Positions 36,470 through 46,176 are shown, counted from the first letter of the whole stretch. The stretch: DNA of 62,036 nucleotides, filler included, from Candidatus Hydrogenedentota bacterium (GCA_040752395.1; 8 parts of 8 records of this genome joined end to end with filler, not necessarily neighbours in it); one strand, 5' to 3'. The notes: generated from the letters alone by a model not told the origin. Numbers and translations: made by a program.

Positions 36470-38145
36470 AAAAAGTGACCAAGCATAGAATAGCCACCAT
36501 TTAAAACTGTATGTCTACGGTACCCCTTAGCACTCAATATCCTTGACGCTAAATATGAATTTTTGCCATTAGAATCTATAAGGATTACTCTATAATTTTT
36601 ATTCAGTTCTTTATATCGGATTTTAAATTCAGAATAGGGTATCTCTTTAATTTTTTCAGCATAAACGCTGATAAAATTTGATACATTCTGTGGCAAACCT
36701 TCTTTCTGCTTTTTTAATATACAAACAATCTTTTCTTCTTTTTTATTTTTGAGTAACTCAATAAATTGTGAGGGTTTAATAAAATAAACAAGTTTATTCT
36801 TTTCATTGCTATACATATGACCCGCAAGATGAATTATATCAGAGACAGGTGAAAGAAAAGGGGTATAACCCAGATCTAAAAGCGCTAATTCATCTGTTGT
36901 AGTTTTTTTACTAATCAAAGCTGATAAAATATTAATTCTTTTATCCACGCCATCTCTACCAAAACCCTGTGCGCCTATCAATCTTCCGCTTTCTTTATCA
37001 GTAATTGTTTTTAACACTATAGGATTTGCGCTGTGGATGTATCTTGCTTTCGAGCTTCCGTATGCGTATTGAGTAATAATGTCCTGTTTTTTATTAGAAG
37101 CGAGTTCTTCAGTAATCCCTGTTTTACATAGAGTAATATCTCTAAACTTTATAGATAAATTATGCAAAGAAGCCGGGTTTTTTATTCTTGGTTTTAATAG
37201 ATTAAAAGCAGCTATTCTACCTTCTATAACAGCGGTATCAGCTTTAAATTCAAGCAAATTATCTCCAATAATAGCACATTTTTTTTCTACACAGTCGCCG
37301 CAAGCAAATATATTTGGCTCGTTTGTCTGCAAATAATCATTAACTTTAATACCGCCGTTTTCTCCAATTGTGATTCCTGATTTTTTTGCTATCTTTACTT
37401 CTGGAACATAACCTACTGAACTTATAAGTAAAGAAGCTGGTATTGAGATACTATCAATTAATACATTTTGGATTTTTTGGCCATCGCTTAATATTTTTAT
37501 ATTTTTTACATCTTTATAAATTATTATTTTATTTTGTATCAGCTCATTTTCAAACATTTTAGAGAATTCGATATCAAAGGCTGGTATTACACTTTTAGTT
37601 TTCTCAACCAGAGTTACCTCATATCCAATATTTAAGAGTGCTTCAGTAACGCCGATACCAATACTGCCAGCACCAACAATTACAGCCTTTTTAACACAAT
37701 CATTTTCTGTATATTTTTTAATATTAAGAGCATCTTCTAAAGAATGGAGAATGAAGAGACCGGATATGCGGGGGTTAAACCAGGGAGGTGTAACTGGTCT
37801 TGAGCCTGTTGCAATAATAACATAATCATATCTCAATTCCTGTTTATTCTTTGTATTAACATTTTGAATAACTAATAATTTTTTACGTCGGATTATTTCA
37901 ATAGCTTCAGTATCAAGCAAGATTTCGAGATTATATTGTTTTTTAAAATCATCACTATTTCTTGTAAGGTTCACCTCTTGTTTTAATTCATTTCCAATCC
38001 AATAATGCAAGGCGCAAGTTGATAGTCCTATATAATTACGTTTTTCAATAATTGTTATTTCAGCATCAGTATATAATTCACGTGTTCTTATAGCTGTGGA
38101 GGTTCCAGCAGCTGTTGCACCAATAATAATAATTTTTAGACTCAT
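36466..38145 (-). CDS. CoA-disulfide reductase/NADH oxidase family flavoprotein with C-terminal rhodanese-like domain
   Basis: IIIGATAAG, single Cys (STCAL), ATGS, IVGAGSIG, FACGDC, GVDKRI, LGYTP..S, L.GGY. Confidence 0.85.
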   Translation of the reverse strand: MSLKIIIIGATAAGTSTAIRTRELYTDAEITIIEKRNYIGLSTCALHYWIGNELKQEVNLTRNSDDFKKQYNLEILLDTEAIEIIRRKKLLVIQNVNTKNKQELRYDYVIIATGSRPVTPPWFNPRISGLFILHSLEDALNIKKYTENDCVKKAVIVGAGSIGIGVTEALLNIGYEVTLVEKTKSVIPAFDIEFSKMFENELIQNKIIIYKDVKNIKILSDGQKIQNVLIDSISIPASLLISSVGYVPEVKIAKKSGITIGENGGIKVNDYLQTNEPNIFACGDCVEKKCAIIGDNLLEFKADTAVIEGRIAAFNLLKPRIKNPASLHNLSIKFRDITLCKTGITEELASNKKQDIITQYAYGSSKARYIHSANPIVLKTITDKESGRLIGAQGFGRDGVDKRINILSALISKKTTTDELALLDLGYTPFLSPVSDIIHLAGHMYSNEKNKLVYFIKPSQFIELLKNKKEEKIVCILKKQKEGLPQNVSNFISVYAEKIKEIPYSEFKIRYKELNKNYRVILIDSNGKNSYLASRILSAKGYRRHTVLNGGYSMLGHFL

Positions 38146-39209
38146 TTCTTTACATTAGAGTAGAATGGGAGTTTAGTAATTCTTGCGAGATGTTTTTGGT
38201 TACGGATCTCGATCAATATTTCTTCTTTATCGAAATTTGATTTTATATATCCCATTCCAATGCCACAATTAAATAATGGTGAGAATATTCCTGATGTAAC
38301 AAAACCTATCTGTTCATTGCCCTCATATATTTTATATTGTTCTCGTGGTATAGCTTTATCAGTCATTTTAAATCCTATAATTTTATACTCAGGTTCTGTC
38401 AAAGCTAATTTCCCTATAAAATCTTTTTTTTCTATATCAATAACTTTTTTTGATTGTGAAGCGAGAGCGTTCAAATCATCTGTAAGTTCATGACCATAAA
38501 GTGGATACGCCGCCTCAATCCTGCATAAATCTCTACAGCCAAGACCACATAGTTTTAAATTATCACCGCTGATTTTTATTATTGTTTCAATTAAAGCTAT
38601 CGCATTTTCATTTTTAATAAGTATTTCAAACCCATCTTCACCTGTATAACCTGTTCTTGAGATAATAATATCATTATTTTGAAATTTTGATTCTATAAAT
38701 GTATAGTATTTCATCTCTTTAACGATATCATAATCCATCTCCATGAGTAATTGTTCTGATAAAGGTCCCTGGATAGCAAATAAACAATATTCATCAGATA
38801 CGTCTTTCAGTTGTATATCATTTTTCAAATACTTAAGTATCCAGTTTCTATCTTTATCTATATTTGATGCATTAACAACTATAATAAATTTCGTATCAGA
38901 GAATTTATATACAAGAACATCGTCAACAGTGCCGCCCATCTCATTGCACATTAATGAATAAAGCACCTTATAATCTTTCTGACCTTTTATTTTACGTGTC
39001 ATAATATAATCAATGGCATCAGAGGCAGCATCATCCTCAACAATGAATTCTCCCATATGGCTTACATCAAACAAACCAATCTTGTTTCTCACATATGAGT
39101 GTTCTTCAAGAATTGAGGTATAACGAAGCGGCATAAAGAAGTTTGCGAATGAAACCATTTTTGCATTTTTTGATATATGAAAATCGTTTAAGAATATCGT
39201 TTTAGTCAT
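38142..39209 (-). CDS. gcvT: Glycine cleavage system aminomethyltransferase T
   Basis: EEH..VR...GLFDVSHMGE, VNASN, QGP, SRTGYTGEDGFE, GLGCRD..R.EA.YPLYGHE. Confidence 0.96.
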   Translation of the reverse strand: MTKTIFLNDFHISKNAKMVSFANFFMPLRYTSILEEHSYVRNKIGLFDVSHMGEFIVEDDAASDAIDYIMTRKIKGQKDYKVLYSLMCNEMGGTVDDVLVYKFSDTKFIIVVNASNIDKDRNWILKYLKNDIQLKDVSDEYCLFAIQGPLSEQLLMEMDYDIVKEMKYYTFIESKFQNNDIIISRTGYTGEDGFEILIKNENAIALIETIIKISGDNLKLCGLGCRDLCRIEAAYPLYGHELTDDLNALASQSKKVIDIEKKDFIGKLALTEPEYKIIGFKMTDKAIPREQYKIYEGNEQIGFVTSGIFSPLFNCGIGMGYIKSNFDKEEILIEIRNQKHLARITKLPFYSNVKK

Positions 39210-39269
39210 TGTAGCTCTCTTTAGGCACTGCCTCATCCGTCTCTTTGTCAAGAATTTTTCGCTTTTTTT

Positions 39270-39330
39270 CGTGGAGAATCCGCTCTTTCAGTATGGCATA
39301 GCAGTTACCTGATGGCAGAATGGCTTAAGG
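39270..39330. repeat. Second copy of the ~60-bp ATGGCATAGCAGTTACC dispersed repeat
   Basis: Aligns with about 21028-21087; lies at a contig end. Confidence 0.72.
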
Positions 39331-39333
39331 CAC

Positions 39334-39433
39334 NNNNNNNNNNNNNNNNNNNNNNNNNNNNNNNNNNNNNNNNNNNNTTAATTAATTAANNNNNNNNNNN
39401 NNNNNNNNNNNNNNNNNNNNNNNNNNNNNNNNN
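39334..39433. other. Artificial contig linker
   Basis: N-TTAATTAATTAA-N. Confidence 0.99.
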
Positions 39434-39594
39434 CCGTATCTTTCAATCTTTGTGCCTTTGCCTGCCTGCCGCGGCGGAGTGCGGCGCAGGCAGGTGCCTC
39501 TGTGCCTTTGAAAGTAAGAAGTAAGAAGTATCAGAAAATGCAGGATGCAAAAATAATCTTTGAACATCTGAACTCTTGAACACCTGAACTCTTT
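39434..39594. repeat. Mosaic repeat: (TTTGTGCC)n interrupted by a 34-bp GC-rich palindrome, AGAAGTA array, TGAAC-periodic array
   Basis: Read directly from the sequence. Confidence 0.85.
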
Positions 39595-42138
39595 TTATGG
39601 CCAGTTGAGGTAATCCGCGGATAGGATTTTTTTATATATTTCTATTTTGTCTTTAATAAATGAGGTATCGATATTTAAATAATTGCATACCCTCAAGAAT
39701 GACATAATACCCTCAATTAAATCTTTATCCACATCGTCTGGCTCAGCATTTTTATCAACAATTTCTATTATCTTGCTATGTAAAAAGTCAAAAGCAAATT
39801 CCTGTATTTTATAGTATTCAGGCATCTTGTAAATGTTGTTCCCTGCAACGAGTTTTTCAAGTTTTGTAATGAGATTTTTATCGAGTTTCTCTTCATATTT
39901 GATCAGGTTATTAAGAATAACCTGCTGAAATAATCTACCTATCTCATCAAGCTGGATCTCTAATTTCAGGTCTTTTACTTCGATCAAAGATTTTAATATG
40001 CTATCAATATTTTTATCAGTGAGATTATGTTTAGCTGATTTTAATTCTTCAATAAGTCTATGGCCTATAGTTAAAACCACTGGTGTTTTTAATTCATCAG
40101 GCATCCTCAGCCTTTCTCTCCTGCAAAAACCGATTAAATTCTTATTATCCTCATAAACTTTTCTAAACATCAATACCATCTCTGTTTTTAAACTTTTAAT
40201 CATTTCTTCAAATAACTCGCATTTTTCATCGTATGGTAAATCACTTATAGAATAATGCGCTGGTGAACCAAATGATCTTATATTCTCCATTATCTCATAT
40301 ATGGTTTTTTTAGTTTTTCTCAAAGCATTAAACTTATTAATAATTTTATCAGCATCAACATCGCTATCCAACCAAACGTAACCATCAGGTTCGAACCCTG
40401 GTGTTTTATTGAAACACATCATTATGAATTTATGTTTTTTTAATATATTATATTCAAATATCTCACCTTTATAGAATAGAAGTTTAAACCCATCTTCAGA
40501 GACTTCATCAATCTTTTCAAACTCAAGTTTATCATTATATTTTATCTCATCTACCTTATTTTCACTAAAGACCACGGCTTTTAAAACCCTTATAGCGATT
40601 CTTTCAGCTGGAGGTATCTGTGAAGTTAAAACAAATTTTTCAAAAATAGTTTTACCATTACCCATCTCAGAAATATTGCTTTTAGCTTTAGCAAGTGTGG
40701 ATAGTAATTCAGCAAGAATAATCTTTTCATCAGTAAAATCAGTAACAAACTCAATAGCTCGCAAAGCAAATTTCATATTCATAACAGGTTCGATACCTGA
40801 TATATCACTGAAGAACCAGCCGCAGGAAGTAAATGTCATCATAGCAAACTTTTGAGATTCGAGCAGTTTTAGTGCTTTTTCTCTGTTATTTATATCTTTA
40901 TACGCTTCTTCTTCCATCTCATATTTTAGAAAATCATCTTTATAAGAAGTCGATATCAATACCTCAATATAATGGTTTCTTGCCATCTCTGGTTTATGGA
41001 ATAATTTTTTTCCCTCTCTCTTAAATATGGTCATCAGCCTATCATTGAGTGTATCAAAAGCTTTACGTAATGGTTTACGCCATTTCTGATTCCAGCCCTG
41101 CTTGCTATCAGTCGTACAGCCGCAATCATCTCGCCATCGTTCCACGCCATGAGCACATGACCATGATGATGTTGGTTTAAGTTCAACCTCAAATTTGGGG
41201 GTGTTATTATTAAGATATGCAGTAAAATTAGTAATATTTAAGTTCAGATTTTTCAGTTTTATATCAATTAATGCAGATAGACACATATCACCAAATTTTT
41301 CATGATGGCCATAAGACTCACCGTCAGTTACAATCGAGATAAGGTAATCGACTTCTTTTTTTTCATAATTTTTGGCTGTGCTTGCTATCCTTTCAGCAAA
41401 ATTATCTGCGCTTCTTAACAACCCTTCAAACGCCACAGCCTGCGATATGTTTTTATCATAAAAGAAAACATCAATATATTTATCTTTTAGTTCTTCGTTA
41501 TTTTCATCTTTTAAGAAAATCCTGTAAGGCACTGATGTATCAATATTACCTGCTGATACGTCTTCCCAGAGCTCAGCATCAAATGCTTTTATCTTCAAAG
41601 CTTGGCCTGGTGATAAAATAACATATTTCATTCCGAACCTATGTAAAACATTCAATGTTTCATAGCAGATAGCTGTTTCAGAAAGCCACATCGCTTCAGG
41701 GTCGCGGTTAAAATGAAATCTGAAATCCTCGATACCCCAATAAACCTGTGTCTCTTTATCAGTTTCGTTAGCAAGCGGCATAATAACATGGTTATAAACC
41801 TGTGCAATCGCATTACCATAACCAAGCCTCTCAATACTCTTTTTATCAGCTTCAATAATCTTATCATAAATCTCTTTATGATATTTTCTTATATAATCCA
41901 TTAGCGTTGGACCAATATTAAAACTGATATATTCAAAATTATTAATGAGGGCAACGATTCTACCAATCGGATTTAAAACCCTTGATACAACATTGGGTCT
42001 ATAACATTCAGCGGTTATCCGCTGGTTCCAGTCGTGAAACGGATAAGCTGAAGCCTGATGTTCAATAACACCAAGCCATGGATTTTCGCGAGGTGGCTGA
42101 TAAAAATGGCCATGAATAACAAGAGCACCACGGTTCAT
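39595..42138 (-). CDS. GH57-family protein with DUF3536
   Basis: IHGHFYQPPRENPW, SFNIGPTL, AIAQVYNH.IMPL, WLSET, DGESYGHH, SWSCAHGVERW, FTSCGWFF. Confidence 0.92.
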   Translation of the reverse strand: MNRGALVIHGHFYQPPRENPWLGVIEHQASAYPFHDWNQRITAECYRPNVVSRVLNPIGRIVALINNFEYISFNIGPTLMDYIRKYHKEIYDKIIEADKKSIERLGYGNAIAQVYNHVIMPLANETDKETQVYWGIEDFRFHFNRDPEAMWLSETAICYETLNVLHRFGMKYVILSPGQALKIKAFDAELWEDVSAGNIDTSVPYRIFLKDENNEELKDKYIDVFFYDKNISQAVAFEGLLRSADNFAERIASTAKNYEKKEVDYLISIVTDGESYGHHEKFGDMCLSALIDIKLKNLNLNITNFTAYLNNNTPKFEVELKPTSSWSCAHGVERWRDDCGCTTDSKQGWNQKWRKPLRKAFDTLNDRLMTIFKREGKKLFHKPEMARNHYIEVLISTSYKDDFLKYEMEEEAYKDINNREKALKLLESQKFAMMTFTSCGWFFSDISGIEPVMNMKFALRAIEFVTDFTDEKIILAELLSTLAKAKSNISEMGNGKTIFEKFVLTSQIPPAERIAIRVLKAVVFSENKVDEIKYNDKLEFEKIDEVSEDGFKLLFYKGEIFEYNILKKHKFIMMCFNKTPGFEPDGYVWLDSDVDADKIINKFNALRKTKKTIYEIMENIRSFGSPAHYSISDLPYDEKCELFEEMIKSLKTEMVLMFRKVYEDNKNLIGFCRRERLRMPDELKTPVVLTIGHRLIEELKSAKHNLTDKNIDSILKSLIEVKDLKLEIQLDEIGRLFQQVILNNLIKYEEKLDKNLITKLEKLVAGNNIYKMPEYYKIQEFAFDFLHSKIIEIVDKNAEPDDVDKDLIEGIMSFLRVCNYLNIDTSFIKDKIEIYKKILSADYLNWP

Positions 42139-42148
42139 CGACGCTATT

Positions 42149-42416
42149 CCCCTCTGAAAAAGTAAGAAGTAAGAAGTGGGAAGTGAGAAGTATCAGGACA
42201 GGCTACAGGCTACGGACTACAGCCGGCTGGAGCCAAAAGCCCAAAGACTGCTGAAAAGTCTTGAGTCTTGAGTCTTGAGTCTCGAGTCCTGTTTTGACTC
42301 ACGACTTGCGACTCACAACTCTTTTCATATCATCTTTAGTTTTTCATCCTTTGTGTAGAACGCAAAAACGCAATAACCCAATAACCCAATTATCTTGCCT
42401 CTTGCCTCTTGCCTCT
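42149..42416 (-). repeat. Complete mosaic repeat between the two GH57 genes
   Basis: CCTCTGAAAAA, AGAAGTA array, CAGCCGGCTG hairpin, TCTTGAG/GACTCAC hairpin, GTTTTTCA linker, ACGCAAAA/ACCCAATA octamers, inverted AGAGGCA array. Confidence 0.92.
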
Positions 42417-42439
42417 ATATATCACTTATAACAGGGGCG

Positions 42440-44032
42440 TTACAAATACACCCTGTAATCGATATTCGGAAAAATATTGTTTCGATATTCAAGATTAGCT
42501 AAAAAGTTAATATCTATCTCATTTCTTCTAATCATATTATTTAGAGTAAAGAGGTTCTGGCAATGTTCGTTGGTTCGCTTTGTTGCATAATCAACTACTG
42601 TACCTGTTTTCATAATAAACGCCCAGTCAGAAGACTGCGCTAAAAGTAATTCTCTGCAAGCTTGATTAAGACTGCGTTTAACCAATGAAGAAGGAGCACC
42701 CCATTTAAATTCCTCTGCAAGCTGAACCATAATATCAGCTGCTTCGTGAAGATGTTTATAAATCCAGTCATTAGTATCATTCAGCCAGAATTCAGCATAA
42801 CCTTTATATCCCCAGGATGAATAAGAGGGTATAGCCATCTGGTTTTTAGTGTAAATCTGTAAATATTCCGGTGGTGTAATAAGCTCAAGCACTCTTGAAT
42901 CCCGATAGACCTTTCTTAAAACATATTCAAGAAAAAGTGGTCCTTCATACCACCAGTGGCCGAATAATTCAGCATCATAGGGTGAGACAATGATAGGCGG
43001 TCTATCCATAAGTGTATTTAAGTATTCAACCTGTTTTTCCCGATTAAACATAAAATTACCAGAATGTTCTTCGACCCTTTCTAAAGCTTTTTGTGGGATA
43101 TATGGTTTTTTTTGATCAAGCGGTGCACCTGTGATACGGTAATATTTAATCCCGACATTTTTTCGCATCCCGCTTTCGTGGATGTATGGTCTGATATAAT
43201 CAAAATCAAGGTCATAGCCTACATCGCGATAGAATTCTCTGTAATAATAATCACCTGGGTAGCCTTCAAAAGAACTCCATACCTGTCGCGAGGATTCAAT
43301 ATCTCTACCAAAAGCAGCAACACCGCTTGGGCAATAAAGCGGGGCAAAGATGCCATACTTTGGTCTGTGTGAAGCATAGATAACAGCATGGCTGTCAACA
43401 AAAAAGTAGCGTATATTATTTTCTTTAAGTATCTCATCATCGCCTGGATTATAACCACATTCAGCAAGCCAGAGCCCATTAGGTTTGATACCAAATGTAT
43501 CTTTATGTAATTGTGATGCTACTTTTATCTGTGCAGCTACAGCGTTACGGTTTATGCCCATAAGCGGTAAAAATCCGTGAGTTGCACAACATGTTACAAT
43601 GTGTAGATTACCTGCATCTTGAATTCTCTTAAAGCCGAGAGTAAGGTCTCTTTTATATTTATCAACAAACATATATCTACATTTACGAAATTTATCAAGA
43701 TACATAAGTGCGGTTGAATGAAATTCAGGGATGAACCTCGTTCTGTGTACTTCTTTTTCAGCTAATTCTATTAATTTTTCGATCCGCTTTATGTATCTTG
43801 ATTGAAGCAACTCATCTCTTAACATAGAGATAAGCGGCGGCGTTATCGACATCGTTATTCTGAAATCCACACCTTCATTGATCAGCTTTTCAAACGAATC
43901 AAGTAAAGGTACGTAAGTTTCAGTTATGGCTTCGTAAAACCAGTCTTCTTCAAGAAAATCTTCATATTCAGGATGTCTGATAAAAGGAAGATGTGCATGA
44001 AGAACAAAACAAAGAAATCCCTGTTTAGCCAT
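42440..44032 (-). CDS. GH57 1,4-alpha-glucan branching enzyme (DUF1957)
   Basis: LHAHLPFIRH, EAITETY, THGFLPL, WLAEC, YDAELFGHWWYEG, ELLLAQSSDW. Confidence 0.94.
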   Translation of the reverse strand: MAKQGFLCFVLHAHLPFIRHPEYEDFLEEDWFYEAITETYVPLLDSFEKLINEGVDFRITMSITPPLISMLRDELLQSRYIKRIEKLIELAEKEVHRTRFIPEFHSTALMYLDKFRKCRYMFVDKYKRDLTLGFKRIQDAGNLHIVTCCATHGFLPLMGINRNAVAAQIKVASQLHKDTFGIKPNGLWLAECGYNPGDDEILKENNIRYFFVDSHAVIYASHRPKYGIFAPLYCPSGVAAFGRDIESSRQVWSSFEGYPGDYYYREFYRDVGYDLDFDYIRPYIHESGMRKNVGIKYYRITGAPLDQKKPYIPQKALERVEEHSGNFMFNREKQVEYLNTLMDRPPIIVSPYDAELFGHWWYEGPLFLEYVLRKVYRDSRVLELITPPEYLQIYTKNQMAIPSYSSWGYKGYAEFWLNDTNDWIYKHLHEAADIMVQLAEEFKWGAPSSLVKRSLNQACRELLLAQSSDWAFIMKTGTVVDYATKRTNEHCQNLFTLNNMIRRNEIDINFLANLEYRNNIFPNIDYRVYL

Positions 44033-44033
44033 C

Positions 44034-45143
44034 TCACCCTGTCTTTCTCCTGACCTCGATCGGTATCCTTTTTATATCAGATATCCCCTGTTTTTTAGCT
44101 TCTACATCAAGTTTATGAACACCATCTTTCAAAGCAAACCTTACAGAGAAAGTTCCATCAGGGTTTACTTTTATCTTATTAGAAGCTACAGTTACCTCGC
44201 AGCCAAGAGATGCATAACCATAAAGCACAAGGTCAGTATTAACAAGCAGCTTAATCTCTTCTTTTTTTTGTTGTGGTCTTCCTTTTTTAGGTTTTTCTCT
44301 TACAAGAGCTTGAGAACCCCACGAAGAGACAGCCTCACTTGCTAACGCCATCTCAAGCCCTTTTAATTCGCCAGGAACGTGCCTTATAGCAAGACTCGGT
44401 ACCTCAGCACTTGAAGCACCTATCTTCTGCATACCTGAAGCCTCAAGTAGTTCCTTGTAGGTTTCCTCAACTATCATCCAGTTCTCATCGATTCTATCAG
44501 AGACTTTACCTCGAGGCACAGAAATTGTGTTAGATAAAAGAGCCCTGATAAAAGTGCCACTCGGCGTTCTATAACCAAGTTCAGCCAAATAATTTCTATC
44601 AGTACCCCAGACATTAATATGTCTTGTTCCGAGTCTTGTATTAACATCTATATCCCAGCTTGCATGCGAGTTGGTACCATTAAAAACTATATCTGTTACA
44701 TCATGCATCCTCAAAATAATGGTACTCCTTTTAAATGTCTCTTCACCTATCTTTTTTCTTATTTTCTGAATCGATTTCTCAGTTAATTCCCAGTATGCAA
44801 AGACCCAGTGCGGATCCCTGACAAGAAGAAGAAGCCTATCTTTACCATATTCTTTTGGTAATTGTGGGACATAGGGTCCTGGGATCCTTGAAGGCGGTGC
44901 TTGAGTCGGAGCTACCACTGATGCAGGTTGAGAAGATACTTGCTTTGTCTCTGATTTTTTAAGCAATTCCTCTTTTCTCTTTCTCTCTTTTTCATCCTGT
45001 TTTTCTTTGTCAAGGATAGCCTCAATAATCTCTCCTTTTTTCATCTTCTTTGTTATGAATAATCCCTTATCTTTTGCAACCTCAAACAACTCATCCTTGG
45101 TCATTTTACTTAAATCCTGAGCAGTCATAACTTTACCCTCCAA
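44034..45143 (-). CDS. DUF4912 domain protein with Rho-N-like N-terminus
   Basis: LP.EYG.DRL.LLVRDP.W.FAYWE, RMHDVT, AELGY; C-terminal 'VNTDLVLYG......V.V....I.V.PDGTFS.RF.L.DG'. Confidence 0.88.
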   Translation of the reverse strand: MEGKVMTAQDLSKMTKDELFEVAKDKGLFITKKMKKGEIIEAILDKEKQDEKERKRKEELLKKSETKQVSSQPASVVAPTQAPPSRIPGPYVPQLPKEYGKDRLLLLVRDPHWVFAYWELTEKSIQKIRKKIGEETFKRSTIILRMHDVTDIVFNGTNSHASWDIDVNTRLGTRHINVWGTDRNYLAELGYRTPSGTFIRALLSNTISVPRGKVSDRIDENWMIVEETYKELLEASGMQKIGASSAEVPSLAIRHVPGELKGLEMALASEAVSSWGSQALVREKPKKGRPQQKKEEIKLLVNTDLVLYGYASLGCEVTVASNKIKVNPDGTFSVRFALKDGVHKLDVEAKKQGISDIKRIPIEVRRKTG

Positions 45144-45313
45144 CTTAAAAAAATAATACCCTCTCTATTATTTAACATTATGTCAATATCATGGCTATCT
45201 GATATTTTAATTGTGTGGGATTTTCATTTTTTGTCAAGGTTTGTCAAATTTTTTTTAAAGATTTTTCTGTTAATACATATACGCCATAGGCATATGCGGA
45301 GATTCAGGATTTA

Positions 45314-45406
45314 CCACTACATTATCTTGATTATATTGAAATTACAAAAAATAAAAAAATGTAGTGAGCATCTTTAGATGCGATGACTATCTTTTTCAGA
45401 GACCTC
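45314..45406 (+). mobile_element. MITE-like family B, right part ending TTTTTCAGAGACCTC
   Basis: About 70 bp shared with 46092-46151; terminus is the inverted complement of the GAGGTCT.TGAAAAA start seen at 46025. Confidence 0.65.
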
Positions 45407-45487
45407 TTTATTAGATTTCTGGAACATTGAACAAATATCATGACCCTTTTTTGATAAAACTGAAAGTAATAGGTGTGGGGAAAAATA

Positions 45488-45517
45488 TTGACAAAAAGTT
45501 AATACTTTGAGTATTTT
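45488..45517 (+). promoter_or_regulatory. Putative sigma70 promoter of greA
   Basis: TTGACA-18 nt-TATTTT, 17 nt upstream of the ATG. Confidence 0.4.
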
Positions 45518-45534
45518 AAAAGATATAAAATAAA

Positions 45535-46011
45535 ATGGAAAAGATATATCTTACTAAAAATCAGTTTAATAAAATAAAAGAGCAAATCTTTGAAATACAG
45601 GCTGAATTAAAAAAACTTAGCGAGGATATACCTAAATTTGCTTCGCAGGGAGATTTAAGTGAAAATGCGGAATATCAATATGCAAAAGAACGACAGCGAA
45701 TTTTATTTACAAGGATAGATGAATTGAATGAAAGGTTATCAAGGACAGTAGTGATAAACATAGCTGAAGAAATACCCGTGGAAGTGGGTGTCGGCACTAC
45801 AGCGACATTAATTAATTTGGATACTAATAAAGAAGAGATATATCATATTGTTGGTGATGGTGATTTTGATTTTGATAAGGCTGAGATACCAAGTAGCGGA
45901 CCATTTGCTAGTTCTTTTATTGGTTGTAGAGTGAATGATGAGGTTAAGGTTACTATCCCTGGAGGTACTTTTAGATACATAATAAAGGATATCAAAAGAT
46001 ACGAAAACTAA
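45535..46011 (+). CDS. greA: Transcription elongation factor GreA
   Basis: GDLSENAEY..AK motif; C-terminal 'Y.IVG...D.....I...P' domain. Confidence 0.92.
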   Translation: MEKIYLTKNQFNKIKEQIFEIQAELKKLSEDIPKFASQGDLSENAEYQYAKERQRILFTRIDELNERLSRTVVINIAEEIPVEVGVGTTATLINLDTNKEEIYHIVGDGDFDFDKAEIPSSGPFASSFIGCRVNDEVKVTIPGGTFRYIIKDIKRYEN

Positions 46012-46024
46012 TTTATAAAATTAA

Positions 46025-46151
46025 GAGGTCTTTGAAAAACCTCATTTTTTAAAAACGGGGCTAAAGTCTAAAGAACGGGTCTTGTGACCCTCACTACATT
46101 ATATTGAAATTACAAAAAATAAAAAATGTAGTGAACATCTTTAGATGCGAT
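46025..46151 (+). mobile_element. MITE-like family B, left part
   Basis: GAGGTCTTTGAAAAACCTCATTTTTT...CTAAAGTCTAAAGAACGGGTCTTG shared with 54404-54497; distal part shared with 45314-45383. Confidence 0.7.
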
Positions 46152-46176
46152 AAACAGGGTTAAAAGTATTCCCTCA

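Noticed and set aside
39210-39333. Glycine riboswitch upstream of gcvT
   Set aside because: The GGAGA...CCGAAG...CTCTCAGG aptamer pattern is not recognisable, and the sequence is instead a copy of the repeat found upstream of darT.
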